Of a stretch of 64,000 bases of DNA, positions 13,064 through 27,208 are shown piece after piece. Each line of letters starts with the position of its first letter. Positions within the stretch are counted from its first letter, which is position 1. The notes below the pieces were generated by a model that saw nothing but the letters and a program-made list of their open reading frames with translations, did no database searches and was not told the origin of the DNA. The DNA comes from Octopus vulgaris (lineage: Eukaryota). The position numbers and the translations under genes were made by a program. The stretch spans positions 59,148,001 to 59,212,000 of the forward strand of contig OX597827.1 in the NCBI GenBank assembly GCA_951406725.2, written 5' to 3'.

Positions 13064-14123
13064 CTGCAATAAATAGGAATCAGAGTGAATTTTAGTCTTC
13101 AAACATACTTATTTCTTTATTACCCACAAGGGGTTAAACATAGACGGGACAAACAAGGACAGACAGAGGGATTAAGTCGATTACATCGACTCCAGTGCGT
13201 AATTGATACTTAATTTATCGAACCCGAAAGAATGAAAGGCAAAGTCGACCTCGGCGGAATTTGAAATCAGAACGAAGCGGCAGACGAAATACCTATTTCT
13301 TTACTATCCACAAGGGGTTAAACACAGAGGGGACAAACAAGGACAGACAAAGGGATTAAGTCGATTATATCGACCCCAGTGCGTAACTGGTACTTATTTA
13401 ATCGACCCCGAAAGGATGAAAGGCAAAGTCGACCTCGACGGAATTTGAACTCAGAACATAGCGGCAAACGAAATACGGCTACGCATTTCGTCCGACGTGC
13501 TAGCTCTGCTAGCTCTCCGCCATTCTAACACAGTGCTAAGTACAACAGCTGACATACCCTCACTAGAACATGCTGACAATATATTATTGATTCCTAACCT
13601 AAGGTGGTGACCTGGCAGAATCACTAGCGCGCCGGACAAAATACTTTGTAGCATTTCGTCCTTTATTACGTTCTGAGTTCAAAAATAGATTTTGGCTTTC
13701 ATCCTTTCGGAGTTAATGAAATAATTGTATGTGCATATTCTTTTACTTCTTTCAGACATTTGACTGCGGCCATGCCGGAGCAACACCTTTAGTCGAGCAA
13801 ATCGACCCCAGGACTTATTCTTTTGTAAGCCTAGTACGTATTCTATCGATCTCTTTTGCCGGGACGTAAACACAACAGCATCGGTTATCAAGCGATGTTG
13901 TGAGGACAAACACAGATATACAAACAAAAACGCACACATACATATATACATATATACGAAGGGCTTCTTTCAGTTTCCATCTACCAAATCCACTCACAAG
14001 GCTTTGGTCGACCCGAGGCTATAGTAGAAGACACTTGCCCAAGATGTGACACAGTGGGACTGAACTCGTAACCATGTTGTTGGTAAGCAAGCAACTACAC
14101 AGCCACTCCTGCGCCTGTGTGTA

Positions 14124-14194
<71 letters not shown>

Positions 14195-14668
14195 ACAATA
14201 AAGGAACGGCCATAATAGGCCATTCACCCACTAGAAATAACAGCCAAAGCTTCAACCGCAAATAAAAATTAATTCCGTAAACCAGGAGAAAATTTAAAAA
14301 ACATTTACCCTGTAATTTTTTAAATTACCCTGTAGTTTTTTTAATTTTTTAAATTTTTTAAATTTTTAAATTTTTAAATTTTCTCCTGGTTTACTGAATT
14401 TTTAAATTTTTAAATTTTCTCCTGGTTTACTGAATTGACTTTTATTTGCGGTTGAAGCTTTGGCTGTTATTTCTAGTGGGTGAATGGCCTATTATGGCCG
14501 TTCCTTTATTGTTGATGTTGAACTTAAAAATGGTCTATGACTATTTTAATTTTTTCCTACTAGGCCGCTGGTGGCAAAAGAATTCTACAAAATTTTTTTG
14601 CCACCCTATATTGATTAATTATATATATATATATATATTTATATATTTACATATATATATATACATAC

Positions 14669-14731
<63 letters not shown>

Positions 14732-14804
14732 AATGCGTGTGTGTGTAAATTCTCGTTTGTACCTATCAACATAGGTGCATTAGCTTATGTACCAACAAAT
14801 TTAC

Positions 14805-14925
14805 CCAAAATCTTAGAAATTCTAAGTTTTTCGAAGAAAGAGTAAAAGAAATTGACGCGGATTCTCCAAATCCAATCTGTTGGTGGCACAGTAAAAATCT
14901 GTGAAACATTCCAAAAATTCTCCAT
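14805..14925 (-). CDS. Candidate exon of an unknown gene/pseudogene: MENFWNVSQIFTVPPTDWIWRIRVNFFYSFFEKLRISKIL
   Basis: 40 open codons and a phase-1 donor G|gtaaat compatible with the 13063 acceptor. A further candidate exon, QNDKTVFELREFLVFVNMW, lies at 14966-15022 (donor gtgagt). Confidence 0.4.
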
Positions 14926-15087
14926 CTAACACTCTTTAGGTGAATAGATGCACACACCAACTCACCCACATATTCACAAACACCAGGAACTCTCTTAACT
15001 CAAAAACTGTCTTGTCATTTTGCTAGTGGCCGGCTTCAGCTCTCTTAAGAAGAATAAGAGAATAAAACTCAAACAAAAAGCACACAG

Positions 15088-15426
15088 TACATACATACAT
15101 ACATACATACATACATACATACATACATACATACATACATACATGTATACATACATACATAAATACATGTATACATACATACATACATACATACATGTAT
15201 ACATACATACATAAATACATGTATACATACATACATACATACATACATACATACATAAATACATGTATACATACATGCATACATACATACATACATACAT
15301 TCACATACATATAGATACATACATACATACACACACATATACATACATACACATACACACATATACATACATACATACATACATACATACATACATACAT
15401 ACATACATACCTACACACACATATAG

Positions 15427-15457
<31 letters not shown>

Positions 15458-15889
15458 CATACATACATACACATATACATACATACATACATACATACAT
15501 ACATACATACATACATACATACATACATACATACATACATACATACATACACATATACATACATACATACATACATACATGTATACATACATACATGCAT
15601 ACATACATACATACATACATACATACATACATTCACATACATATAGATACATACATACATACACACACATATACATACATACACACACACATATACATAC
15701 ATACATACATACATACACACACATATAGATACATACATACATACATACATACATACATACATACATACATACATACACATATACATACATACATACACAC
15801 ACATATACATACATACATACATACATACATACATACATACACACACATATACATACATACATACACACATACATAAATACGTACGTACG

Positions 15890-15925
<36 letters not shown>

Positions 15926-16158
15926 CATATATACATATACATACATACATACATACATACATACATACATGCATACATACATACATACATACGTACATAC
16001 ACACACATATACATACATACATACACACATACATAAATACGTACGTACGTACATACATACATACATACATGCATACATATATACATATATACATATACAT
16101 ACATACATACATACATACATACACACATGCATACATACATACATACATGCATGCATAC
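15088..16158. repeat. About 1.07-kb degenerate (TACA)n microsatellite
   Basis: Seen directly; it produces the spurious MYVC/TYIH ORFs. Confidence 0.97.
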
Positions 16159-16359
16159 TTACTCATAATTACACATACACATATAAATGTGTATGCGTGT
16201 GTGTATGTATGTACATACATTCGTGTGCTCATACACACACTCACACGGATACATATACACACATATATCCGTATAATGTATTGAATATAAGTTCAGACAG
16301 GTCAAAAAAAAATTACGTAAATAGAGTAAACATTCCACAAAGAGGTAAAGGAAAGGAAA

Positions 16360-17080
<721 letters not shown>

Positions 17081-17232
17081 AAAAACATAAGCCAATACAT
17101 AAAATTAATTAATTTATATTATTTTAAATATATATCAAAAGTATTAAAAGTTGAAAAAACAACAAAAGTCGAAAACAGGTGGTGTACAAAACAAACAGAT
17201 GTATTAGTATAACGCTCAGGAATAGAAATAGT

Positions 17233-17268
17233 CTTTTACGTTTCGAGCCTACGGTCTTCTACAGAAAG
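17233..17268 (-). ncRNA. Minimal hammerhead-like motif, A6U variant
   Basis: CUUU-CUGUAGA-AGACCGUAGGCUC-GAA-ACGU-A-AAAG; second copy at 63173-63208 (+). Confidence 0.5.
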
Positions 17269-17307
17269 GGACACAGAAAAAACAAGGAAAGAAAAAAATG
17301 TGTGTGG

Positions 17308-17340
<33 letters not shown>

Positions 17341-17511
17341 CCACACACATTTTTTTTCTTTCCTTGTATTGGCTTATGCTTTTCATTGTTTGATTTGCCT
17401 AATAGTGGTTTTATCTCTAATATAATATAATATAATATAATATATTTTACTATAAAATTGGATTTAATCCTAAATCTGATTTTTCCCTGTAAGTTTGGAT
17501 TTATTCCCTAA

Positions 17512-17577
<66 letters not shown>

Positions 17578-17708
17578 TAATTTTAGAGACGGAACCACCC
17601 TCAACTCAATCAACACTGAAAGGTTTTATACCCACCACTCCATAAAATGTTAAGAATTAAATCTTATACAAACTATATCTATTCTGAATACTATATTTTC
17701 CGTTTCTA

Positions 17709-17808
17709 AGACTACACGTGTTTCATGAAAGTACGTCGGTATTGATTAGATACGAAGTATCTAGTTTCATTAATTACTCGGGTCGACATACTCCCAGTGT
17801 TCAGGTCT
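17709..17808 (-). ncRNA. Degenerate type I hammerhead-like motif with extended stem II
   Basis: AGAC-CUGAACA(G8C)-long hairpin-GAA-ACACGUGU-A-GUCU; stem I AGAC/GUCU and palindromic stem III. Confidence 0.5.
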
Positions 17809-18033
17809 GGATTCCTCAACATTTTTCATTATCCTTACCTCTTATATACTGCCATGATACTCTATATCTTCAATATAATCTTACTTAACATGTACAAATG
17901 AATATAAATACAAATAATAAATAAAAAAATAACTGAATATTAAAAATTTAAGGAGTAAAAATTTAAGGAATAAAAATTTAAGGAATAAAAATTCAAGGAA
18001 TAAGCATTTAAAGAATATTCCCTAATAATTATA

Positions 18034-18162
<129 letters not shown>

Positions 18163-18442
18163 TGTGTATGTATATATATATATGCACATGCATACGCGCC
18201 GCATATACAGACACTGCCTATTCTCCTCAGCCCTACTCTAACGCTCTGAAATCTTCTCCCTGCTCATGTCTTTAAAGTCGGTGTTGGTCTGCTCATTCTT
18301 TCTCAACCATTTTACCTATGGACCCTTCTGATTCCTATTTCCCTCAGGTGGATGTCTCATAGCCTATTATATTTTTATATTTAAATATCATTAAAAACTG
18401 TGTTTAAAAATTTTCTTTTAATATTTTGTGTATTGCAAAAGT

Positions 18443-18663
18443 ATAGAGGAAGTGCTCAAAAGTTCCTGGTTTGGGGTAAAAGAAAATACAAGAGGGTCGG
18501 TTGATTATGATTTTATTCAACATATTCCCTTCTCAGATTCATACACTTATTGCAGCGATTCTACAGTTTTTTCTAGGCCCTATAAAATAACTTGTAATGT
18601 TGGGCCTTCAACCGGGCTTTCGTGATACACTTAAAACTAGAAACTTTTCAGCACCCCCTTGTA
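18443..18663. mobile_element. Short non-autonomous mariner-like MITE
   Basis: Degenerate TIRs gaggaagtgctcaaaagttcctgg / ctagaaacttttcagcacccccttg, flanked by TA. Confidence 0.6.
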
Positions 18664-18937
18664 CAAGTAAACACACTGAGGCAGGTCCCTATGGAGTTGA
18701 TTTTATTGTTTGTTCTTTCACATATGTGCTCTCTTTTATTCTTTATTCCTAAATTTGTTTCAGTTATTTGACTGTGGCCATGCTGGAGCATCGCCTTTAG
18801 TCGAGCAAATCGACCCCAGGACTTATTCTTTGTAAACCTAGTTCTTATTCTCTCGGTCTCTTTTGCCAAACTGCTAAGTTACGGGGACGTAAATACACCA
18901 GCATCGGTTGTCAAGCGATGTTGGGGGAAAAACACAG

Positions 18938-19006
<69 letters not shown>

Positions 19007-19279
19007 TACGAAGGGCTTCTTTCAGTTTCCGTCTACCAAATCCACTCACAAGGCTTTGGTCGGCCCGAGACTATAGTAGAAGACACTTGCCCAAGATATC
19101 ACGCAGTGGTACTGAACCCGGAACCATGTGGTTGATAAGCAAGCTATTTATCACACGGCCATTCCTATGCCTATATCGATGTCGATAAAATAAATAAATT
19201 ATGGCAGTCTTTCGGTAAAAGTCCATGATGTCACAAGTGAGTGTGTGCCATTGTGTTTCTTCTGCTCGTTACAGCTTAA

Positions 19280-19323
<44 letters not shown>

Positions 19324-19925
19324 ACTAGTATTATATACTAATATCGTAACATTGCTTAAATTACATATGCTTGCCTATCTAACACACAGCCAGATGAACA
19401 CTAGTAGCGTGACAAAAGGCATTTAATTCTTTATTATATCTACAGCTCGACTGTAAAGTGAAGTTAGCATTAATTTGTTGAGTGTGGCACAAATTTGTTG
19501 AGTGCAGACAAAGACAATCCAAATAAGACTTTATATCTATTTCTTTACTACCCACGACAAACGGATTAAGTCGATTATATCGATCCAATGCGTAACTGGT
19601 ACTTTATTTATCGACCCCGAAAGGATGAAAGGCAAATCGACCTCGACGGAAATTGAACTCAGAACGAAGCGGCAGACGAAATACTGCTAAGCATTTCGCC
19701 CGGCGTGCTAACGTTTCTGCCAGCTCGATCTTGGCCTTAGAAATGTATGGCTTTCTACCTCTGATAGTAATCATTATTATTAATTACTGTTTTCAAGGTC
19801 AGTGGACTGGCAGAATCGGGGGAGTGGTGGACAAAATACATTATGCAGCCTTGGGTGACAGAATAAATAATGACAAAGGCCAGTGCTAAAGTAAGTAATG
19901 TTAGAAATAAGTGGGGTGGTGTGGA

Positions 19926-20192
19926 TTAACTCTTTCGTTACAAACCCGGCTGAAACTGGCTCTGGCTCTGAGTACAAATGTCTTGTTTTCATAAGTCTTG
20001 AATTAAAAGCTTCCACCAAACCTTAGCCACAATTTATGTTCCTAACACAAGCTGAACGATAACTAAGTTATTTTACTAAATTCTTTGTTATATTTAAAGT
20101 AATTGTTATATTTAAAGTAAGCTTTGTTATATCTAAAGTAATTGAAAGAAACACTGAGCATCTCAAAATAAATACAGTAACTAAAGAGTTAA
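19926..20192. mobile_element. piggyBac-like MITE
   Basis: TTAA-ctctttcgttac ... gtaactaaagag-TTAA. Confidence 0.7.
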
Positions 20193-20583
20193 GGTTAGGT
20201 TGCTGAATGTTAGAATCAGTGGGGCAACATAGACAAGTGTTAGGGTGGTGTATGATGATAGAGTCAGTTGACTCTATGATGATAGAGTCGTTGACCAAAT
20301 GCCTTGCAATATTTAGATACATTTATTCCTATCCCAAGTTCAAATCATAAAACTACACACCTTTTCTTTATTGGGAAGATGAACAATATAAATTAGCCAA
20401 GTACCCTTTCCCTCCAATACAAAATTTGTGGCAAGAAAGGAGCCTCCATCTAATCAATCAACCTACAAAGAAATATCAACCAAAGAGCCCTCAAATGTTA
20501 CGTTGAACTGGACTGGATCGTCCAGTGGTGGAATCATGGACCAAATGCCTTGCAGTATTCAGTTACATTTATTCCTATCTTGA

Positions 20584-20922
20584 AGGCGCATGGCTCGGTG
20601 GTTAGAGCGTCGGGTTCATAATCATGAAGTAGCGAGTTCGATTCCCGGACTAGGTTATGTGATGTGTTCTTGAGCAAGACATTTTATTTCACATTGCTCC
20701 AGTTCACTCAGCTGTAGAAATGAGTTACAATGTCACAGGTGCCAAGCTGTATCAGCCTTTGCTTTTCCCTGGGACAATATCGGTAACATGGACAAGGGAG
20801 GCTGGTATGCATGGGCAACTGCTGGTCTTCCATAAACAACTTTGCCTGGACTTGTGCCACAGAAGGTAACTTTCTAAATGCAATTCCATGACAATTCATG
20901 ACCAAAGAGGGCCTTTACCCTT
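20584..20922 (+). mobile_element. tRNA-derived SINE family D (shared head and core, variable 3' part)
   Basis: ggcgcaTGGCTCGGTGGttag...GAGTTCGATTCCC plus core ttgctccagttcactcagctg. Related copies: 1653-1910 (+); 22052-22381, 24043-24360, 36940-37195, 57800-57965 (-). Another tRNA-headed element lies at 33287-33590. Confidence 0.85.
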
Positions 20923-23166
20923 TTTATTCATAACCAAAGTTTAAATCATTAAAAGACCAACTTTGCTTCTCATTTTTTTTTCCTTTATTGGGAAAATGAA
21001 TTATAAAAACTAACCCAGTACCCTTTCCCTCCAATAAAAAATTTGTGGCAAGAATGGGACCTTTATGCGATCATTCGACCTACAAAGAAATATCAGCTAA
21101 AGAGCCCTCAAATGTTATCTTGAATTGGTTTGGATTGCCCACATTCAGTTAACGGAAGGATGAAAGTCCCATCGTGTTCTCTCCACCAACAACGGTTTGA
21201 TGCAGAGGCCATGAATTTGAGCTTGAAATCATACTAGTTTGATGAGACTACTCTGCTACACAAGTTCGACATGGCTTGGCAGAGGGGTGTAGTTTTTATG
21301 CTCATACCTAGAAGTAGTTAAGTCGATTACATCGACCCTAGTACTCAATTGGTACTTGTTTTATCGACGCCGAAAGGATGAAAGGTAAAGTCGACTTCGG
21401 TGGAATTTAAACTCAGAACGTAAAGACGGACGAAATACCTATTTCTTTACTACCCACAAGAGGCCAAACACAGAGAGGACAAACAAGAACAGATAAACGG
21501 ATTAAGTCGATTATATCGACCCTAATCAGTAATTTGTATTTATTTAATCGACCCCGAAAGGATGAAAGGCAAAGTCGACCTCGGCGGAATTTCAACTCAG
21601 AACGTAGGGGCAGACGAAATACCTATTTCTATTTCTTTACTACCCACAAGGAGCTAAACACAGAGAGGACAAACAAGGACAGACAAATGGATTAAGTCGA
21701 TTATATCGAACTCAGTGCGTAACTGGTACTTATTTAATCGACCTCGAAAGGATGAAAGGTAAAGTCGACCTCAGCGGAATATGAAATCAGAACGTAACGG
21801 CAGACGAAATACCGCTAAGCATTTCGCCCGGCGTGCTAACGTTTCTGCTAGCTCGCCGCCTTAAATACCTATTTCTTTACTACCCACAAGGCGCTAAACA
21901 CTGAAAGGACAAACAAGGACAGACAAACGGATTAAGTCGATTACATCGACCCCAGTGCGTAGTTAATTTATCGACCCCGAAAGGATGAAAGGATGAAAGG
22001 CAAAGTCGACCTCGGCGGAATTTGAACTCACAACGTAACGGCAGACGGAATAAGGGTAAAGACCCCCTTCGGTCATGAATGACCATGGGATTGCACCTAG
22101 AAAGTTACCCTCCTAGATACAAGTCCGGGCAAGGTTGTTTATGGAAGGCCAGCAGTCGCCCATGCATACCAGCCTCCTCTCCACGCCACCAGTGTTATCC
22201 AAGGGAAAGACAAAGGTCGACACAGCTTGGCACCAGTGACGTCGCAACTCATTTCTACAGCTGAGTGAACTGGAGCAACGTGAAATAAAGTGCTTTGCTC
22301 AAGAACACAACACGCAGCCCGGTCCGGGATTCGAGCTCACAACCTCACGATCGTAAGCTCGACGCTCTAACCACTGAGCCAGGAATATGGCTACGCATTT
22401 CGCCCGGCGTGTTAACGTTTCTGCCAGCCCACCGCTTTTAAAAGCTGTCATTTTGTCTAGCTCACTCACGATTCTGTTAATTTGCTACCTAAACGAGGGT
22501 TAAGTAATTTTTAATATGAAGAAAATGATTATAACTTACATTTTTGTGTGTGGATCGATGAGAAGCACAAAATTAATACAACGCAAATAAAGCTCTTCAT
22601 TTTCTTTTTCTATAGCTTCTTGTAACTTATGAAATTCTTCTTCTTCTTCTTCTCCTTCCTTTTCTTCCTTTTCTCTCACCAAGCAGTAAGGGACAATGAA
22701 ATAACAAAATGGCTCGAACTGAAGCTATATCTGAGGTTTATATATACTTCCGCGACGAATAAATAAATAAATACAAAAAATATACACAGTAAATACAAAA
22801 ATTAAATATTCGAAATACACTCAAAAACAATAAAATAAAAACGTGCCTGTTTAAATGTTAATACGTCTGCGTGTAGGTGAATGTGCGTGTGTGTGTGTGT
22901 GTGTGTGTGCGTGTGCATGCGTGCATATATGTATGTAATTATGCATGTGCATGTTTATGTACACACACACATACACATATTCACACACACACACACACAC
23001 ACACGCAGTCACTTTAACATTTGAACAGACATGCTTTATGTTGTTTTGTGTGTATTTTGTTTAAGTCTCGTGTTACTATGTATATTTTTATTTATTTATT
23101 CATCACCAAAGCATACATACAGACACACCTATCAGTGTGAGAGTAGGAGTATGTATGTTGTGTGTT

Positions 23167-23279
<113 letters not shown>

Positions 23280-23785
23280 ATATGCATGCATCTATACGTC
23301 TAGCAATCTAGCAAAGAAATACATTCCACTTCAAGTGTCTATTATATTATCTGAGCATTTGAACCTAATGGTTTTATGGTTTGTTTTATATTCAAAGCAG
23401 CGTTGACCTAGAGATAGCAACTCATGACAAGGCACGTCGTGGATTTGTTTTGTAACGGGAAACTTTTCATTGCAAACCTCTTTGCCTTTTAGAATAGACT
23501 CCATTTGATACAAAGTCACAATGATAACTTAAAGATTCTGATAAGAAGGGGGAAAAAAAGGTCATTCTTTGAACCAAAAGAAAGTTCAAAATAGCAACTA
23601 CATTAGTGAAGGGTCCTTTAAGCCGTGTAAAAGTACATGAAGACTTTAAATAATCATTATTAAGCTGCGTGGTTCCAGGTTCAGTCCCACTGCGTGGCAC
23701 CTTGGGCAAGTGTCTTCTGCTATAGCCTCGGGCCAACCAAAACCTTGTGAATGGATTTGGCAGGAGAAAACTGAAAAAATGCCAG

Positions 23786-23842
<57 letters not shown>

Positions 23843-24376
23843 TATCGGTGTGTGCCCCTCACCACCGTTACCCAAACGGTATTGGTGTGTTTACGTCTCC
23901 GTAAGCAATGACTCCAATATTCACAAATGTTCCTGCTCGTGTACTCGACGTGCACCAGTATATGAGATTTTCCCGTATATATATTAGGTTCTTCTGTACA
24001 TCAGGTTCTTCAAATAGAATGGAATTTAATATGTATGTATGTGAGGAGCACTCCGTCGGTTGCGACGACGAGGGTCCCAGCTGATACGATCAACGGAACA
24101 GCTTGCTTGTGAGATTAACGAACAAGTGGTTGAGTACTCCACAAACACTTGTACCCTTAACGTAGTACTCGGGGAGATTCAGCGTGACACAGAGTGTGAC
24201 AAGGCTGACCCTTTGAAATACAGGTACTACTCATTTTTGCCAGCTGAGTGGACTGGAGCAACTTGAAATAAAGTGTCTTGCTCAAGGACACAACGTGCCG
24301 CCGGATATTGAACTCACGTCCTTACGATCATGAGCCGAATGCCCCTAGCCACTAAGCCACGTATGTATGTATGTCA

Positions 24377-24930
24377 AGTCACTTTCGAGTGCTACTGGTA
24401 ACATGTAACCCAGTACAACCTGTTGCATGGTCGGATCGTCGGCGACTAAACCGGCAACCCCACCAAGCTTGCTTGGTGTGGAGAGTGTTTATTGGACACC
24501 CTGCGGGATGAAAAACAAAACCCGTCAAAGGGCGGCGGAACTCTTGAGAGTCAACGGCCATCCAATAAATGTCTTAAGGCTGTATCATGTACGGGGACAT
24601 AGAAATAATCGGACTGAATACCCGATCGCGCAGTTAAACCATTGGGAGTGAAGGACTCCTAGCCTTTGTTAGGGCATCCTTCTAGGAGAAGGTAACTCAG
24701 GTAACTGGGATAACTCCAACATAAAACCTGCGGCTCAGTGGTTACCGATGATGTTGACTTGTTCTTCTTTTCGGATTATGGCTGCTGTTGCTTAGTGAAT
24801 GAGATTGACTCAGTGCACAGCATTTCCTCACTTAAAAAAAAATCTTCTTGCACAGGCATTGCACGATAACAACATTGATTAAGCTTCGTGCAATGGCCAT
24901 ACTCGATAACGAGGGGGCAGCCACCATGTA
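24377..24930 (+). mobile_element. Non-autonomous retroelement ending in the 3' tail of the RTE at 11349-11703
   Basis: The last ~50 nt (ttaagcttcgtgcaatggccatactcgataacgagggggcagccaccatg) match 11654-11703. The body is non-coding and the element is flanked by (TATG)n. Confidence 0.7.
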
Positions 24931-26145
24931 TGTATGTATGTATGTATGTATGTATGTATGTATGTATGAATGAATGAATGAATGAATGAATGAATGAATG
25001 ACAAAGAAATGCTTGCCACTTCAAGTGCCTGAGCATCTAAGTGAATTCAGGCAGCAACACAAAGTGATCCCACACATTTTTTAATTAACCAGTTCATATA
25101 CAAAGTTATGGTAAAGGTATATTGAAATAATTTTATGTAGTAGATAGATTATTCAGTCAATACAGAATTGTAATTTGATTCATAACATCTCTCGATATAT
25201 TCTTTTCAACTCTAGGCACAAGGCCTGAAATTTTGGGGGAGGGGGCCAGTCGATTAGAGCGACCCCAATACGGAACTGGTACTTAATTTATCGATCTCGA
25301 AAGGATGAAAAGCAAAGTCGACCTCGGCGGAATTTGAACTCAAAACGTAAAGATAGACGAAATACCTATTTCTTTACTACCCACAAGGGGCTAAACACAG
25401 AGGGGACAAATAAGGACAGACAAACGGATTAAGTCGATTATACCGATCCCAGTGTGTTACTGGTACTTATTTAATCGACCCCGAAAGGATGAAAGGCAAA
25501 GTCGACCTCGGCGGAATTTGAACTCAGAACGTAGCGGCAGACGAAAGACCTATTTCTTTACTACCCACAAGGGGCTAAACACAGAGAGGGGACAAACAAG
25601 GATAGACAAAGGGATTAAGTCGATTATATCGACCCCAGTGCGTAACTGGTACTTAATTTATCGACCCCGAAAGGATGAAAGGCAAAGTCGACCTCGGCGG
25701 AATTTGAACTCAGAACGTAACGGGGGACGAAATACGGCTACGCATTTCGCCCGGCATGCTAACGTTTCTGCCAGCTCTCGATATATCATACACACAATGA
25801 ATAAGAGAAGTCAGAACCAGTTAATAAGAATTCTAAGGGAAAAGGTTGGAAATATGGAATTCACTAAGAGAATATTCCATTACACATTAGAAGACTATAT
25901 ATTAGGAATAATTATATTCCAAATTTGGATAAGATGAAATAAAGCGAGTTTTAAAAAATAAAAAATATATGATAAAATCCAAGATGAAAGAGACTAAATT
26001 AAATCAGAGGCGAAGGACTCTACTTAATATTTACCACTAAAAGATGATCTTGTAACTAGATTCTAGTATATTTGATGGTGGGAAATGCTTGTGTAGGGTC
26101 ATGAAAATTTACCTGGTATATTTGCGACTACACGGGACATGTATC

Positions 26146-26369
26146 TCTCTCTTTTTCTCTTTTACTTGTTTCAGTCATTTGACTGCGGCCATGCTGGAGC
26201 ACCGCCTTTAATCGAGCAACTCAACCCCGGGACTTATTCTTTGTAAGCCCAGTACTTATTCCATCGGTCTCTTTTCGCCAAACCGCTAGGTGACGGGGAC
26301 ATAAACACACCAGCATCGGTTGTCAAGCAATGCTAGGGGGACAAACACAGACACACAAACATACACACG

Positions 26370-26409
<40 letters not shown>

Positions 26410-26577
26410 TCCGACAGGCTTCTTTCAGTTTCCGTCTACCAAATCCACTCACAAGGCATTGGTCGGCCCGAGGCTATAGCAGAAGACACTTGCCCAAGGT
26501 GCCACGCAGTGGGACTGAACCTGGAACCATGTGGTTGGTAAGCAAGCTATTTACCACACAGCCACTCCTGCGCCTAT
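26146..26577 (-). mobile_element. tRNA-derived SINE family A (representative copy): internal (CA/TA)n, about 20 copies in window
   Basis: Head ggcgcaggagTGGCTGTGTGG...GGTTCAGTCCC (A/B boxes), tail gaaacaagtaaaagag. Other copies: minus at about 3850-4270, 7551-8027, 8879-9279, 10338-10728, 12331-12697, 13736-14116, 18750-19172, 28937-29357, 38545-39420, 49555-50135, 61691-62060, 62880-63635; plus at 28232-28642, 35818-36195, 37668-38382. Confidence 0.9.
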
Positions 26578-26788
26578 GGAGCATTATACCATATAATCTG
26601 TCTTTAGAGAGGTCTCCGCTTTCTAGGACTAATAGCATAGTTAATATTGCCGCATATATCCCCTTTTATAAAAATATTATTAATGCTCTGAGGAGAAACA
26701 AGTTCAGCCTTCAGGACTGAATCACGTTATTTTTTATTCTATTTCTACGTTCTTTGCTCTCTCTGTTATTGCTACTACTATTCCTGAT

Positions 26789-27208
26789 GGATCTTTTCGG
26801 TTTGAACAGCAGTTTTTCTAGCGGTGTTATATGAAATTGTCACCCATAGTTATGACCCTAGTATCGATCTATTGCATTTCAATCTGTTTTAGAGTTAGGG
26901 GTTGGGGGAAGGGTATCTTTTTTTCTTCAGAAATGTAAATAAACCCAATCTGTTTCTTAAACGAGGGACATATTCATACGGCACCGAATGTTTTCACCTC
27001 AATGGACGTCATTGATTGGTTGAAATTGCAGAATTTGAAGAAAAATAAAACAACAAATATCTTACAAACTATAGAATTTTCTCAATAAAGCCAAGAGAAA
27101 AAGATGTTTTATAAACACATTCTACCAGTATACGAAGTTTAAGAGTTTAAAAGTGTTTAGTTACGTGGAAATTATTTTAAAAAACTGCCGTTCAAATCGA
27201 AAAGATCC
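26789..27208. mobile_element. MITE with GG...CC ends and 8-bp TSD (Merlin-like)
   Basis: TIR ggatcttttcggtttgaacagcagtttt / aaaactgccgttcaaatcgaaaagatcc; TSD ttcctgat on both sides. Confidence 0.85.

Noticed and set aside
15023-16262. Long ORFs (377, 283 and 209 aa) of MYVC/TYIH repeats, and all YI/VC/TH-repeat ORFs elsewhere
   Set aside because: They are translations of (TACA)n, (TA)n and (CA)n microsatellites that lack stop codons; there is no coding signal.
20584-20655. tRNA genes at 1653, 20584 and 33287
   Set aside because: tRNA-like SINE heads that run into SINE bodies; no complete cloverleaf.
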